From a virus: a DNA stretch of 56,758 nt. The stretch is from positions 1-56,758 of IMG/VR virus record IMGVR_UViG_3300031566_000037; one strand, written 5' to 3'. How positions within the stretch are numbered: the stretch's first letter is position 1; each line of letters begins with the position of its first letter. The notes below the pieces were generated by a model, which worked only from the letters and a program-made list of their open reading frames with translations, was not told where the DNA came from and ran no database searches. Positions 1 to 8,382 of this stretch are shown one piece after another. The position numbers and the translations under genes are program-made.

Positions 1-127
1 ATGGCCAAGCGCCGCCTATCCCACTCCCCCTGTCGCTACACGCACCCCGAAGGGCTGATCGATCCGCCTCACTCAGCAGGGAGTGAAAACCTATCGAGTT
101 GGCATTGTACAATCGCCCACTTTGTCC
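1..127. repeat. Terminal direct repeat, left copy (identical to 56632..56758)
   Basis: Bases 1-127 (atggccaagcgccgcc...cgcccactttgtcc) recur exactly as the last 127 bases of the window. This implies a closed unit of about 56,631 bp. Confidence 0.95.
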
Positions 128-383
128 CGTTGTCTCAGCCAGCCTTGCAGCAGGCGCGCCACGCTCCGAGCGCGTGCCCGGCTATCATAGTTCCCGAGTG
201 CACAGAACAGCTCAGGCTTCGCCGCCAACTCGGCGACTACACAGTAGCACCCCTTAAGCGGCGGCATCGATGCATAGGGCAGCAGCCTGCCAAGGTGCCG
301 CCGAGTGGTCTTATAGCTCCAGGCGCGAACGCGGAAAATGAATCCCTCCGAAAGCGAATATAGCCCCTGCGTTTGGATATACA

Positions 384-716
384 TTATCCCGCCCCCAGCT
401 GTGCGGCGAAGAGGTCAAGGGCCTCGCCTACCGCATGGATCCCCGCCCGGCGCTTTGCCTTGGTCTCCTCCTTCAGCGCATCTGTCAAGGCACCGATGAG
501 CGCACCGTCGCCCAGGTCATCAAAGCCGAGGTCGCCCAGGCTATCGATGGCCCCGGCAATCTGCTGGAGTCTCCGCACCTTGATGTGCTGCTTGCATTTC
601 GGACGCGCCATTTGGCTTACAGCCGCACGGATCTTCCGCAGAAGGATCCGCGCACGCCGCCTCCGATCGGCTAGCGCATCCGCGGCTGCTGCCTCGTCTC
701 GAGTTGGCTCACTCAT
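384..716 (-). CDS. hypothetical protein (110 aa)
   Basis: ORF whose ATG overlaps the upstream stop (ATGA at 713-716). No recognisable domain. Confidence 0.55.
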   Translation of the reverse strand: MSEPTRDEAAAADALADRRRRARILLRKIRAAVSQMARPKCKQHIKVRRLQQIAGAIDSLGDLGFDDLGDGALIGALTDALKEETKAKRRAGIHAVGEALDLFAAQLGAG

Positions 717-895
717 TCTTGCATCTCCACGACCAAATAACCCCCGTTCGGCGGCGGTAATGGATGCTCTCGTGCAACCCGCCTGAAGTGCGAACTGGCA
801 AACAGAGTCTTGGACAGTCTGCCGCCAGGCGAAATCGCGGCCCCGTCAGGATACTTCGCCAAGATCTCACGCACCGTCATGTCCTCGTTTTTCAT
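713..895 (-). CDS. hypothetical protein (60 aa)
   Basis: ORF with ATGA start/stop coupling at both ends (892-895 and 713-716). Confidence 0.5.
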   Translation of the reverse strand: MKNEDMTVREILAKYPDGAAISPGGRLSKTLFASSHFRRVAREHPLPPPNGGYLVVEMQE

Positions 896-1158
896 GCGAT
901 CACCTCAAAGACGTGCCAGATCAAGGCGCCGCCCTTCATCTGCGCGGTACCGATGTACTTGAAATTGTCCGCGCCCATCTCATGGCCAGTCCCGATCACC
1001 GCGATCGAGCGAGGCTCCTTCTCCGCATCGGTGTCTACGACCGCCCACACACATAGCACCTCGGCCTGGGTGTCGGCACACAGGATCTCGGCGCCTTTAG
1101 GCATCTCGACATCCTGCAGCCCCTTGACTGCCAATGGAAACTTCCAGATCGACTTCAT
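892..1158 (-). CDS. conserved small phage protein, function unknown (88 aa)
   Basis: Internal ATG at 1158 preceded by GGAGGTGATTAC. The sequence MKSIWKFPL...GTGHEMG...IWHVFEVIA resembles a widespread small phage protein family (recalled from memory). Confidence 0.6.
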   Translation of the reverse strand: MKSIWKFPLAVKGLQDVEMPKGAEILCADTQAEVLCVWAVVDTDAEKEPRSIAVIGTGHEMGADNFKYIGTAQMKGGALIWHVFEVIA

Positions 1159-1332
1159 GTAATCACCTCCTCTCCAATGTCTCAAGCCGGAACAAGATCG
1201 CGCAGCCCAGGAGCCAGATCCCGCGCTCCGGCCATGGCCTTTCCGCCCCTGGCCAGCCGAAGCAGACGCAGGCACCTATCATCGCAAGCCAGAAGCCCAG
1301 GGGACTCCATCGTCTTGCCTTCTCTTGTAGGC

Positions 1333-1617
1333 TCATCCTGCCTCCTCAATCACCCGCATCGCCGCGGCCTTGCCTGCCTCAAAGCCCTTGTCGTATCCCT
1401 CCGCGTGCCCATCGGCCTTGCCGCGCGAATAGCCCTCCTCGTCCCCGGCCTCATCCCCTTCCGCCTTCGCCTTCTCCAGACACGCCTCACATGGCTCGAC
1501 CTTGACCATCGCGTTCGTTCGGTAAGACCCTGCAGTCACGTCCGCCGTAAGGGTTGCCCCGCAGGTCTCGCATTCCACATCGAACTCTATCTCGGCTTCA
1601 TGATTTAAAGTCGGCAC
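1333..1617 (-). CDS. zinc-ribbon-like small protein (94 aa)
   Basis: GTG at 1617 overlaps the upstream TAG, with GGAGGTG 9 nt upstream. Has CETC...CEAC cysteine pairs and an acidic Gly-rich tail. Confidence 0.5.
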   Translation of the reverse strand: MPTLNHEAEIEFDVECETCGATLTADVTAGSYRTNAMVKVEPCEACLEKAKAEGDEAGDEEGYSRGKADGHAEGYDKGFEAGKAAAMRVIEEAG

Positions 1618-1904
1618 TAGAACGGCACCTCCACTTCCTTCTTCGCCACCTCCTCCTGCGCGCGGTGCTCGGGCACCCGTTCCGGCGTCCCCTGCCGCGA
1701 TCCAATTACCACGCGTTCCACATTCATCAGAGGGAAGATATGTATTTCGCTGGTGCCCATAGGATCGCACCAGAGCCATATGCACTCTTCCTTGAAACTG
1801 TAGGCACAAATCCCGCCCATCACATGCGCGCCGCCATCGAGCATCTGTATTGTGATCTCTCGCCCGGGCGGCGACCCAATTATATTTAAGTCGCCGGTTT
1901 GCAT
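1617..1904 (-). CDS. hypothetical protein (95 aa)
   Basis: ATG at 1904 preceded by GGAGGTGAG. The longer track ORF (to 1982) lacks a ribosome-binding site (RBS). Confidence 0.5.
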   Translation of the reverse strand: MQTGDLNIIGSPPGREITIQMLDGGAHVMGGICAYSFKEECIWLWCDPMGTSEIHIFPLMNVERVVIGSRQGTPERVPEHRAQEEVAKKEVEVPF

Positions 1905-2116
1905 CCGATACTCACCTCCAAGTCTTCGCCTCCGCGTACAGGTAGACTTGCCCCCTGGTGCAGCGTAGCATAGATGCGCCACACCCCCTTTGGCTCATCC
2001 CGCACCGCCTTGGTGATCTCGCCGACAACCTTATCCTCACATCTGATCGGTCGCCCTGCGAGGTCGCCGACAAGATCTATAAGGGGCACCTCAAAAACAA
2101 ACCCGTTCCAAAACAT
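1886..2116 (-). CDS. hypothetical protein (76 aa)
   Basis: ORF whose start is coupled to the upstream stop (TGATG at 2114-2118). Confidence 0.45.
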   Translation of the reverse strand: MFWNGFVFEVPLIDLVGDLAGRPIRCEDKVVGEITKAVRDEPKGVWRIYATLHQGASLPVRGGEDLEVSIGCKPAT

Positions 2117-2916
2117 CAGCCTGTTCCCTCCGTTTCTCCTTTCTTCGATTGCAGCCGTTCAAAAAGCGTGTTGGCCAAGTCCCGCGCCACACACTCGCTA
2201 ATATCAAATGCCCCCATCACCTGCTTGTCACCAAAGAACAATGCGATCGCTTCCTTGGCATCCACGATCGCGGCAGCCTTGGCTTTAAGCGCTGCCTCTA
2301 GTGCGCAGGCTGCTGCCTGGTTCTGTTTGACTAACTCCTCGGTGCGCATCTCGAGATCCTTATAGCGCCGCATGGCACGTCCGAGATCCTGCCGCAGGGT
2401 CTTGATCTCCTCGGCGGCATCGATCGTGTCGGGTTCCTGATCGAGATCGGAAAAATCCTCCGGATCCCATTCGGCATCGTCCAAAGGCCCAAGGCCCATG
2501 GTCGCCCGCTGGTTATTGATGGTTGCCTTCTCGCTCTGCGACACAATATAATGAACGGTCTCCCGTTCGGTTTGTAGCCGCTTTAGATGAGCCGCTACCG
2601 ATGTCGCATCGGACAGACAGGATCCGCAGATCCATATGTGCCCAGGATATTGCTGGCCCCCTGCTTGGCGGAATACTCGCATCGGATGTACGATCGTATC
2701 CTTTGTCCGGCAGCAGGTACAGGTATCCGTGATTTCGCCGCCGAGCCGCGCGACCTGAATCCGCAGGCTCTCGATCTGCTGTACCAGCCGATCGACAACC
2801 TGGCCGGTAGCATCGCTGGGGAATCGCTCGAGCACATTCCCCTTGAACCACGCAGACGCCTGGAGCGCCTCCTCAACCTTGGCCATGAATTGTAAGTCAG
2901 GTTTTGGCTTGCCCAT
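2116..2916 (-). CDS. hypothetical protein with Cys4 motif and coiled-coil tail (~266 aa)
   Basis: ATG at 2916 preceded by AGGAGA (track ORF extends to 2931). Has CTCC...CGSC cysteine pairs. The C-terminal heptad-like segment (EEIKTLRQDL...ELVKQNQAAA) suggests a coiled coil. Confidence 0.55.
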   Translation of the reverse strand: MGKPKPDLQFMAKVEEALQASAWFKGNVLERFPSDATGQVVDRLVQQIESLRIQVARLGGEITDTCTCCRTKDTIVHPMRVFRQAGGQQYPGHIWICGSCLSDATSVAAHLKRLQTERETVHYIVSQSEKATINNQRATMGLGPLDDAEWDPEDFSDLDQEPDTIDAAEEIKTLRQDLGRAMRRYKDLEMRTEELVKQNQAAACALEAALKAKAAAIVDAKEAIALFFGDKQVMGAFDISECVARDLANTLFERLQSKKGETEGTG

Positions 2917-3298
2917 CCCTTTTCTCCTCATATATTTCTCGCGCCACTCGCCGGATTTGATTGCCGAATAGATAGAACTTATCGATATGAAACTCGACCA
3001 GCACGCGGTCGCGGAAGTCCATATAAATGCTCTCGATTATGCTGCGATATCTTTCGCCAAGCGTCTCTAAAAGAATCGCATAGGCCAGATCCGCAGCCCC
3101 TGCGTTCGGCTCCCCCCAATCAAAGCCCCGCGCACCATGCCTGGTGACAAACGGGATCACCTTATACTTCGTTCGTTCACCAACCTGCTCGGCCAGCGTG
3201 ACCCGGGTTGCAACCCGCTCTCCGTTCTGTCCTCGCCGCGTTCGGCATCCGGTGAAAGCCAGCGCACGCCTGGTCGCCATCAGCGTTTCCGATTCCAT
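2897..3298 (-). CDS. hypothetical protein (133 aa)
   Basis: ORF in the operon frame. The start is uncertain because the RBS is weak. Confidence 0.5.
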   Translation of the reverse strand: MESETLMATRRALAFTGCRTRRGQNGERVATRVTLAEQVGERTKYKVIPFVTRHGARGFDWGEPNAGAADLAYAILLETLGERYRSIIESIYMDFRDRVLVEFHIDKFYLFGNQIRRVAREIYEEKRDGQAKT

Positions 3299-3456
3299 TT
3301 ATCCGCCCGGCAAAGCCCATTGAGATAACAATGGATCCCCGCCTGGAACAAACGACTGACGCGCGCTAGCGCGATGCCGGTATACGAGAGCACAATACCC
3401 AGCAACGCGCCGAGGCTGAGCAGACACCACACAACTATGAATCGCACCCTATACAT
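3280..3456 (-). CDS. small membrane protein (58 aa)
   Basis: ATG at 3456 preceded by GAGGGAGGGG. One hydrophobic helix (FIVVWCLLSLGALLGIVLSYTGIAL). Confidence 0.5.
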   Translation of the reverse strand: MYRVRFIVVWCLLSLGALLGIVLSYTGIALARVSRLFQAGIHCYLNGLCRADKWNRKR

Positions 3457-3533
3457 TCGGCCCCTCCCTCGAAACCGTGGGCGGCGCCACCACGCCCCCT
3501 TCCCGTGAAACGCAGCGGCGCCACCTCCTGGGT

Positions 3534-4187
3534 TCATCGCCCGATCCCAGCCCCCGTACATCCATGGAAATAATGGCTGGCGAAGATCCCAAAGTCGGAC
3601 AAGTCTACCTCCATGTCCGCATTGAAATCACAAAGCGGGTTGTAAACATAGGGCGGCTCCGGCCCGCCCAAATAGTACTGCGCGAAGTATCCGAAATCCG
3701 CCAGGTCGACGGCCTGGTCGTGGGGCGGCGTGTTCGGTGTAATAACTAAGTCCACGCTTTTAATCGCATTCCCCGCGCCATCGATATAGAATTGCCATGG
3801 GCTGCCGACCCAGCAGCGCCATGCCATGTTCCCCACCTCAGATCCCCCGATATGTGTCGGCGCGAATTCCCACACCCCATCGGCATTGGTGTAACCGATG
3901 TTCGCGCCGGTTTCAAACTCACACATCGTATAGACCTGTTCAGACGGGTTGTACGGATACATCTTCATCGGGAACACCTCAACCTGTATGCCTTCACATG
4001 GGCTGCCCGCCTCGTCGCGGACATACACGGTGATGCCGCATTGCTCGTGGCCGGTATTGCCGCACAGACAATACAGGGTGTTGTAGCCGATCACGCATTC
4101 GAGATAGCAATTCGGCTGATGAGGATCCCCGGCAAAGCACGTACTGGCGATCAGTATCCCCAACATCAAAAGTAACCATCGTCTCAT
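3534..4187 (-). CDS. secreted protein with C-terminal dockerin-like calcium-binding repeats
   Basis: ATG at 4187 lies 8 nt after GGAGGAGG. Signal peptide MRRWLLLMLGILIASTCFAG. C-terminal DLADFGYFAQYYL and DFNADMEVDLSDFGIFASHY match the DxNxDGxVDxxDF dockerin/EF-hand-like pattern. Confidence 0.65.
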   Translation of the reverse strand: MRRWLLLMLGILIASTCFAGDPHQPNCYLECVIGYNTLYCLCGNTGHEQCGITVYVRDEAGSPCEGIQVEVFPMKMYPYNPSEQVYTMCEFETGANIGYTNADGVWEFAPTHIGGSEVGNMAWRCWVGSPWQFYIDGAGNAIKSVDLVITPNTPPHDQAVDLADFGYFAQYYLGGPEPPYVYNPLCDFNADMEVDLSDFGIFASHYFHGCTGAGIGR

Positions 4188-4446
4188 TGTTCTCACCTCC
4201 TCCCCTTGTGATATAGAAAAGGCTGGCCCCCCCGGAACTTGAGATTCAGGAGAGACCTGCGCGGGCGCGCATGGCGAGCTTCTCGCGGGGTCTCAGGGAG
4301 CCAGCACAAAGTTGTCTATTAACACGAGGGACATGGTTCGCCGCCCCGCGTGCCCTCCTTGGCAGCCGTCCTTGGCAATCCCGGCTGGCTGATATCGCGC
4401 GCGATAATAACCAGGAGACAGCGAGAACCATGTCCTCGCCCGAATC

Positions 4447-5634
4447 CTAACACCGCCCCGCGATCGTGTCCAACCTTTTTGCATTCTTGGCTCCAAGACT
4501 CACGGTCAATTCCTCAATCTCCTGCGCAGACATGTGCGCGGTGCTCATGACCTTACCGCACGCGTCGGCCTCAATCCGGAGCCGATCTCGGTGCTGCCAA
4601 AAGTAAGACCCGATATCGAGCCGCGCATGCCGGAATAGAGGGATGATACCAAATCGTTCACAAGTCTCTTCATCGTTCTCAACCGACGCCGTCGTCTGTT
4701 GCGGCAATCCATATCGCAACTCAGCGACCATCGTCAACCCATCCGCGCGCAGCCGAGATGTGTAGCGCCAGAACGAATACGTCTGCTCATAGCGATACGC
4801 CTTCCCCGCCTGTGATAGCACTGCCCCATCCAGGCTGGCAAGATCCATCTGCACGATGCGCAGCCCACAGGTCTGCGCTCGCGTTAGTCGACTCACAATG
4901 CCGCGCCGCCTCCGGCCATCCAATGTAACCCCCCAGGGTTTCCCGACCACATTTTCAATTATAGCGTCGAAGTCTGGATGCCCGAGAAAAGCGGCGTCGA
5001 CAAAATGATAATACTCAACCTGCGAGCTGGCCGCGGCCCTCTGTATCTCAGCCCATATATGTGCCACGCGTCTGAATTCCAGGTGCGCGAAATCCCCCTT
5101 CCGCTCCCGCCAATTTGTCCGATCGATCGTCCCCCAGGATCCGCGCACCGCTCCATAGCGATAGGCAAATGCCTCCTCGGGTAATACGACCGGCGCGGGA
5201 TACGGGTTCGGCCCCACAAGGCCACGTGGCCGCTCCCCCCGGGCGATCGCCTCAAGGTAGGCATATCCGTGGCCATGAATAAGAAGATCCCAACCGTCGC
5301 TGCCTGTGGCCCTGTCAAGGCCAATCGCCTGGCCCAGGCCCACGGTCAGCGTGTTGGCGCTCTCGGCTTTGCACATCTTTGCAAATGCTGACGCAACGCG
5401 GAAGGTCGCAGGCTCGAGTGCGATTACGATCATGTCCCAGGGCTTGGGAGCGAATTCAAAGATCGCATCCGCATCAACCCGTTGATCGAACACCTGCGCC
5501 TGGCCCAGCAGCCGACACTGCCGAAGCCAGGCGAGGTGGTAGAGCAGATGCGACGGCGGCAGAAGCCGGAAGCGATCAGCCTCCGGCTTCCCCAACCGCA
5601 CGATGGCCATGGAAAGTGGTGCCCGGGTTGTCAT
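4447..5634 (-). CDS. B12-binding-domain/radical-SAM-like protein lacking the CxxxCxxC cluster motif
   Basis: 395 aa. The N-terminal Rossmann-like layout (DMIVIALEP...LIHGHGYAYLEAIARGE) is followed by a TIM-barrel-like layout (FVDAAF..., VQMDLASLDG..., YGLPQQT). At the position of RGCxxxCxFC it reads VRGSWGTIDRTNW, with no cysteines. Confidence 0.55.
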   Translation of the reverse strand: MTTRAPLSMAIVRLGKPEADRFRLLPPSHLLYHLAWLRQCRLLGQAQVFDQRVDADAIFEFAPKPWDMIVIALEPATFRVASAFAKMCKAESANTLTVGLGQAIGLDRATGSDGWDLLIHGHGYAYLEAIARGERPRGLVGPNPYPAPVVLPEEAFAYRYGAVRGSWGTIDRTNWRERKGDFAHLEFRRVAHIWAEIQRAAASSQVEYYHFVDAAFLGHPDFDAIIENVVGKPWGVTLDGRRRRGIVSRLTRAQTCGLRIVQMDLASLDGAVLSQAGKAYRYEQTYSFWRYTSRLRADGLTMVAELRYGLPQQTTASVENDEETCERFGIIPLFRHARLDIGSYFWQHRDRLRIEADACGKVMSTAHMSAQEIEELTVSLGAKNAKRLDTIAGRC

Positions 5635-6053
5635 AAGCCCGCCCCCTGCGGTAACCCAGCATCGTCGCCACAGGGTTTTGCGTTGGTCAATAGAACAAGC
5701 GCCTTCCCCAGGCGCCCGAGTATCTCATCTGTCAATCCGACACCGTCTGTGTGAGTTGGCGCCGAGTCCTGCAATAGATCAATCCCCGCCTTGAGTTCAG
5801 CGATTGCCTCGTCTGTCACGAGAGGCGAGTAACATATCACATCCCAAAAGGGCGGCGCCGTCCCCTCGGGTACTGGCGCGAAGTCGGGGGATTGCATTAT
5901 CAATACGAAGCGTGCTCGGAGAGAATCATAAGCCGCGCCGATCATCACAAGATCTGCCGGCGGATCCTCGATGGCAACCCTCAATATCGCCTCCTCCAGA
6001 AATTCCGGGGTGACATGTAAAATGCGGATCCGGCGCTCTCCCGCTGTTGTCAT
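5631..6053 (-). CDS. hypothetical protein (140 aa)
   Basis: RBS GGGAGGAGGA. ATGA coupling to the downstream gene at 5631-5634. Confidence 0.6.
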   Translation of the reverse strand: MTTAGERRIRILHVTPEFLEEAILRVAIEDPPADLVMIGAAYDSLRARFVLIMQSPDFAPVPEGTAPPFWDVICYSPLVTDEAIAELKAGIDLLQDSAPTHTDGVGLTDEILGRLGKALVLLTNAKPCGDDAGLPQGAGL

Positions 6054-6165
6054 CCGTGTCCTCCTCCCATTCCATCGTGATGCCTCCTGCTATGCAGGCC
6101 AATCGGGATCGCCGAAAGCCCACAGGAAAAGCATGTAGATCAATGGCAGCATCAAACTCACCTCC

Positions 6166-6378
6166 TCATTGTTTTTCCGGCGCCGCGCCGAAGCCTGCCA
6201 TCCGGATTGTCCCCTTCGCATTTCTGGTGGTCTGTGTCACTGTGGAGCAGTGGTCGATTACTCCGGCGAGCCGCCAGCTCACCTCGCCTTTTCCCAGGGG
6301 ACAGGCAGACAGGGCGCATGCCACATCCTTCGCCGACAGCCCTGTCCTGATTGCGTAACCCATAAACCAGATGGCCAT
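6166..6378 (-). CDS. hypothetical protein (70 aa)
   Basis: ATG at 6378 overlaps the RusA stop (TAATG). Confidence 0.5.
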   Translation of the reverse strand: MAIWFMGYAIRTGLSAKDVACALSACPLGKGEVSWRLAGVIDHCSTVTQTTRNAKGTIRMAGFGAAPEKQ

Positions 6379-6830
6379 TACTGTTCGTCCTCGATCTCTG
6401 CTCTCAACCTTCTCCACCAAGTGACCGGATCCTCCTCCGCGACTTCCACCACAACCTCGATGCGTGGCTCGGCCTTATCCTTCGCCTTGCCCACGCTGCC
6501 GATCACGAACTGGTTATCGTTCTCGTAGATGATCCCCTCGAGCGCATCGCAGATGCTCTTCGGCGCGTTGAAGATGTCGTTGCCGCTTGGCTCGTAGGGA
6601 TAGAAAAACATCAGGTGCATCACCAGGCGCGTCCCCTTCGGGAGAGGGAAGCGTCCGCGATCGCGCCGCCCGAGGATCTGCTCGAGCGCCAAGACCTTAA
6701 TCCGCTTCTCAAACTCGCGGTAGGATGCAGGGATTAAAATGGCAGGCGCTCCCCGTTTGATCACCGGGAAGCGCCTGTTGTCCTTACTGATGGGCTTGCC
6801 TGGTATGACCAGGGTTATTACATGGCCCAT
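6378..6830 (-). CDS. rusA: RusA-family Holliday junction resolvase
   Basis: 150 aa. DIFNAPKSICDAL...ENDNQ matches the RusA catalytic spacing D-x2-N-x2-K-x3-DAL...DD.Q. Confidence 0.85.
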   Translation of the reverse strand: MGHVITLVIPGKPISKDNRRFPVIKRGAPAILIPASYREFEKRIKVLALEQILGRRDRGRFPLPKGTRLVMHLMFFYPYEPSGNDIFNAPKSICDALEGIIYENDNQFVIGSVGKAKDKAEPRIEVVVEVAEEDPVTWWRRLRAEIEDEQ

Positions 6831-7426
6831 TACGGCGATCTCTTGACGCGATCCTCTGTGCTCTCAGCCGACATCGGAATCTGAAATGCGAAGTATGCCT
6901 GATCCGGCTTACCCCGAAATCCGCGACCCCATCCCATTACGAGCGATCCCGGCAGGCCCGCTGCCTTGAAGTCAATTTGCGCTTCGACTCCCATTGACAG
7001 CCAAGCCTCATCGTCGGTGACCTTCAGCCCGGCATCTATCTCTTCGGCCGTAAGTGTGGCTGCATCCCGAAACGCATCGGTCGGGAAAGTCACATCGAAA
7101 AACATCGCCATACCAATCATCACATTCTGCACCTCTTCGGGTGCATATGTCCCGCCAATGCCCACGATTGCATTTGTAAGATCATTGGCAACGCCGCTGC
7201 CGCCCACTACCTGTAGGTTCCATTCACCATTGGCCGTGAGTGGTACCAAGTAGTGTCCGGCGATTTCGACAATGGTCGAGGTTTGAATCTCCACCTCGGG
7301 GTTCTCCGCGATGGTGAATCGATAGCCTATACCAGGCTTGATTGCACCACCGCCCTGATCTTCGGCAAACGTACTAGCCGCCATCGCGAGTAGCACGATC
7401 ACCAGTACCGCTAAGACTTTCCGCAT
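6830..7426 (-). CDS. secreted protein, possibly beta-barrel (198 aa)
   Basis: ATG at 7426 preceded by GGAGGTG. Signal peptide MRKVLAVLVIVLLAMAASTFA. Alternating hydrophobic pattern through the rest of the protein. Confidence 0.65.
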   Translation of the reverse strand: MRKVLAVLVIVLLAMAASTFAEDQGGGAIKPGIGYRFTIAENPEVEIQTSTIVEIAGHYLVPLTANGEWNLQVVGGSGVANDLTNAIVGIGGTYAPEEVQNVMIGMAMFFDVTFPTDAFRDAATLTAEEIDAGLKVTDDEAWLSMGVEAQIDFKAAGLPGSLVMGWGRGFRGKPDQAYFAFQIPMSAESTEDRVKRSP

Positions 7427-7640
7427 CCGGCACCTCCTTCGTTTCGCCCAAGGCTGCCAATGCCTTAAGCAGAGCCTGCGAATTCTTCCGAAACCAATCC
7501 TGCCGCTTGAGCTCACCAAGCACTACCTTCATGGCCTTGGCCAGCGAGACGTGTCGGCCCTGCTGCATGGTCAGCCAGACGGCGGTTTCATATATCACCC
7601 GCCAATCCTCATCGCGCAGAGCAACCGTTCGCCGTTCCAA
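7374..7640 (-). CDS. hypothetical protein (88 aa), possibly ribbon-helix-helix
   Basis: TTG start 5 nt after GGGAGGTG. Overlaps the downstream gene by 53 nt. Confidence 0.4.
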   Translation of the reverse strand: MERRTVALRDEDWRVIYETAVWLTMQQGRHVSLAKAMKVVLGELKRQDWFRKNSQALLKALAALGETKEVPDAESLSGTGDRATRDGG

Positions 7641-7654
7641 AAGTCACCTCCCTG

Positions 7655-7807
7655 TTACCACAAGTTCCAGCTGCCGCCCTGTTCCATGAGCCATTCGATT
7701 ACATACCACCACCACTCCGTCCTCTCCTCAGAAGCCGAAACGATGGCGGGGAACAGCGGGGTGGCGAACACCGCCACGGTTAGAATCATGAGATGGAGTC
7801 GCTTCAT
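7655..7807 (-). CDS. small signal-peptide protein (50 aa, Trp-rich)
   Basis: Not in the ORF track because it is under 60 aa. ATG at 7807 preceded by GAGAGGAGGG and ATGA-coupled to the upstream stop. Sequence: MKRLHLMILTVAVFATPLFPAIVSASEERTEWWWYVIEWLMEQGGSWNLW. Confidence 0.5.
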   Translation of the reverse strand: MKRLHLMILTVAVFATPLFPAIVSASEERTEWWWYVIEWLMEQGGSWNLW

Positions 7808-8382
7808 CGGACATCCCTCCTCTCAATAATCACCTCCGCTGGCGGAACGAACTCGGCCTTGTCCAGATCTCTATCGTCGTGGTCGAGGTCAAGAGAACCT
7901 TCATCGAAGGCAATCCAGATCACAAATGCCTCGCACGATGATCGGCTATACCAAGCGCCATCGCAGAACCTCAAAATCTGCGTGTCGGTTGAAAACACCT
8001 CACACATGCGCGGCGATTCTGTCGCGAGAATTTCATGGCTATGCGGCTCGCGGCCATTCGCAAACCGCAAGACCACCTGCGACAGTGCATCAAAGGACAC
8101 CTCCGTGCTATCGGGCACATAGAGGTGCCACATCGTCCAATCGGCTGGATGCGCGATCATGTATTGGTGGATCTGCAGGCAACCCTTCTCCTGCAGCCTT
8201 CGTTCCCACCATTTGAAAAGCGTCGGCCAGAGGCTATATTGATTCACCCCTCCAACGCAACACAACCGCGCACCGTCCTCGAGAGGTACTTCGAACAGAT
8301 ATTCGAACTTGCGCGCCTCAGCAGTCCCCAGGAGCACAAGCAGCAGGATCGATACGATTAAACAGATGCGCCTGCGTGACAT
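7804..8382 (-). CDS. secreted protein (192 aa)
   Basis: RBS GAGGAGGTG. Signal peptide MSRRRICLIVSILLLVLLGTAEA. Confidence 0.65.
   Translation of the reverse strand: MSRRRICLIVSILLLVLLGTAEARKFEYLFEVPLEDGARLCCVGGVNQYSLWPTLFKWWERRLQEKGCLQIHQYMIAHPADWTMWHLYVPDSTEVSFDALSQVVLRFANGREPHSHEILATESPRMCEVFSTDTQILRFCDGAWYSRSSCEAFVIWIAFDEGSLDLDHDDRDLDKAEFVPPAEVIIERRDVR

Noticed and set aside
110-127. Inverted copy of the iteron core (AAGTGGGCGATTG on the minus strand) inside the terminal repeat
   Set aside because: Only an 8-9-nt match. At this length a chance occurrence in 113 kb of two-strand sequence is expected.
1-363. 120-aa plus-strand ORF starting at base 1
   Set aside because: It starts inside the terminal duplication at an arbitrary linearisation point, has Pro/Ser/Arg/His-rich composition and has no RBS. 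The region is better read as intergenic.
5926-6123. Alternative-frame ORF (MEWEEDTDD...) with an AGGAGG upstream
   Set aside because: It overlaps the start of the better-supported 140-aa gene (5631..6053, own GGGAGGAGGA RBS). It reads as Gly/Arg/Asp junk after the first 10 residues.
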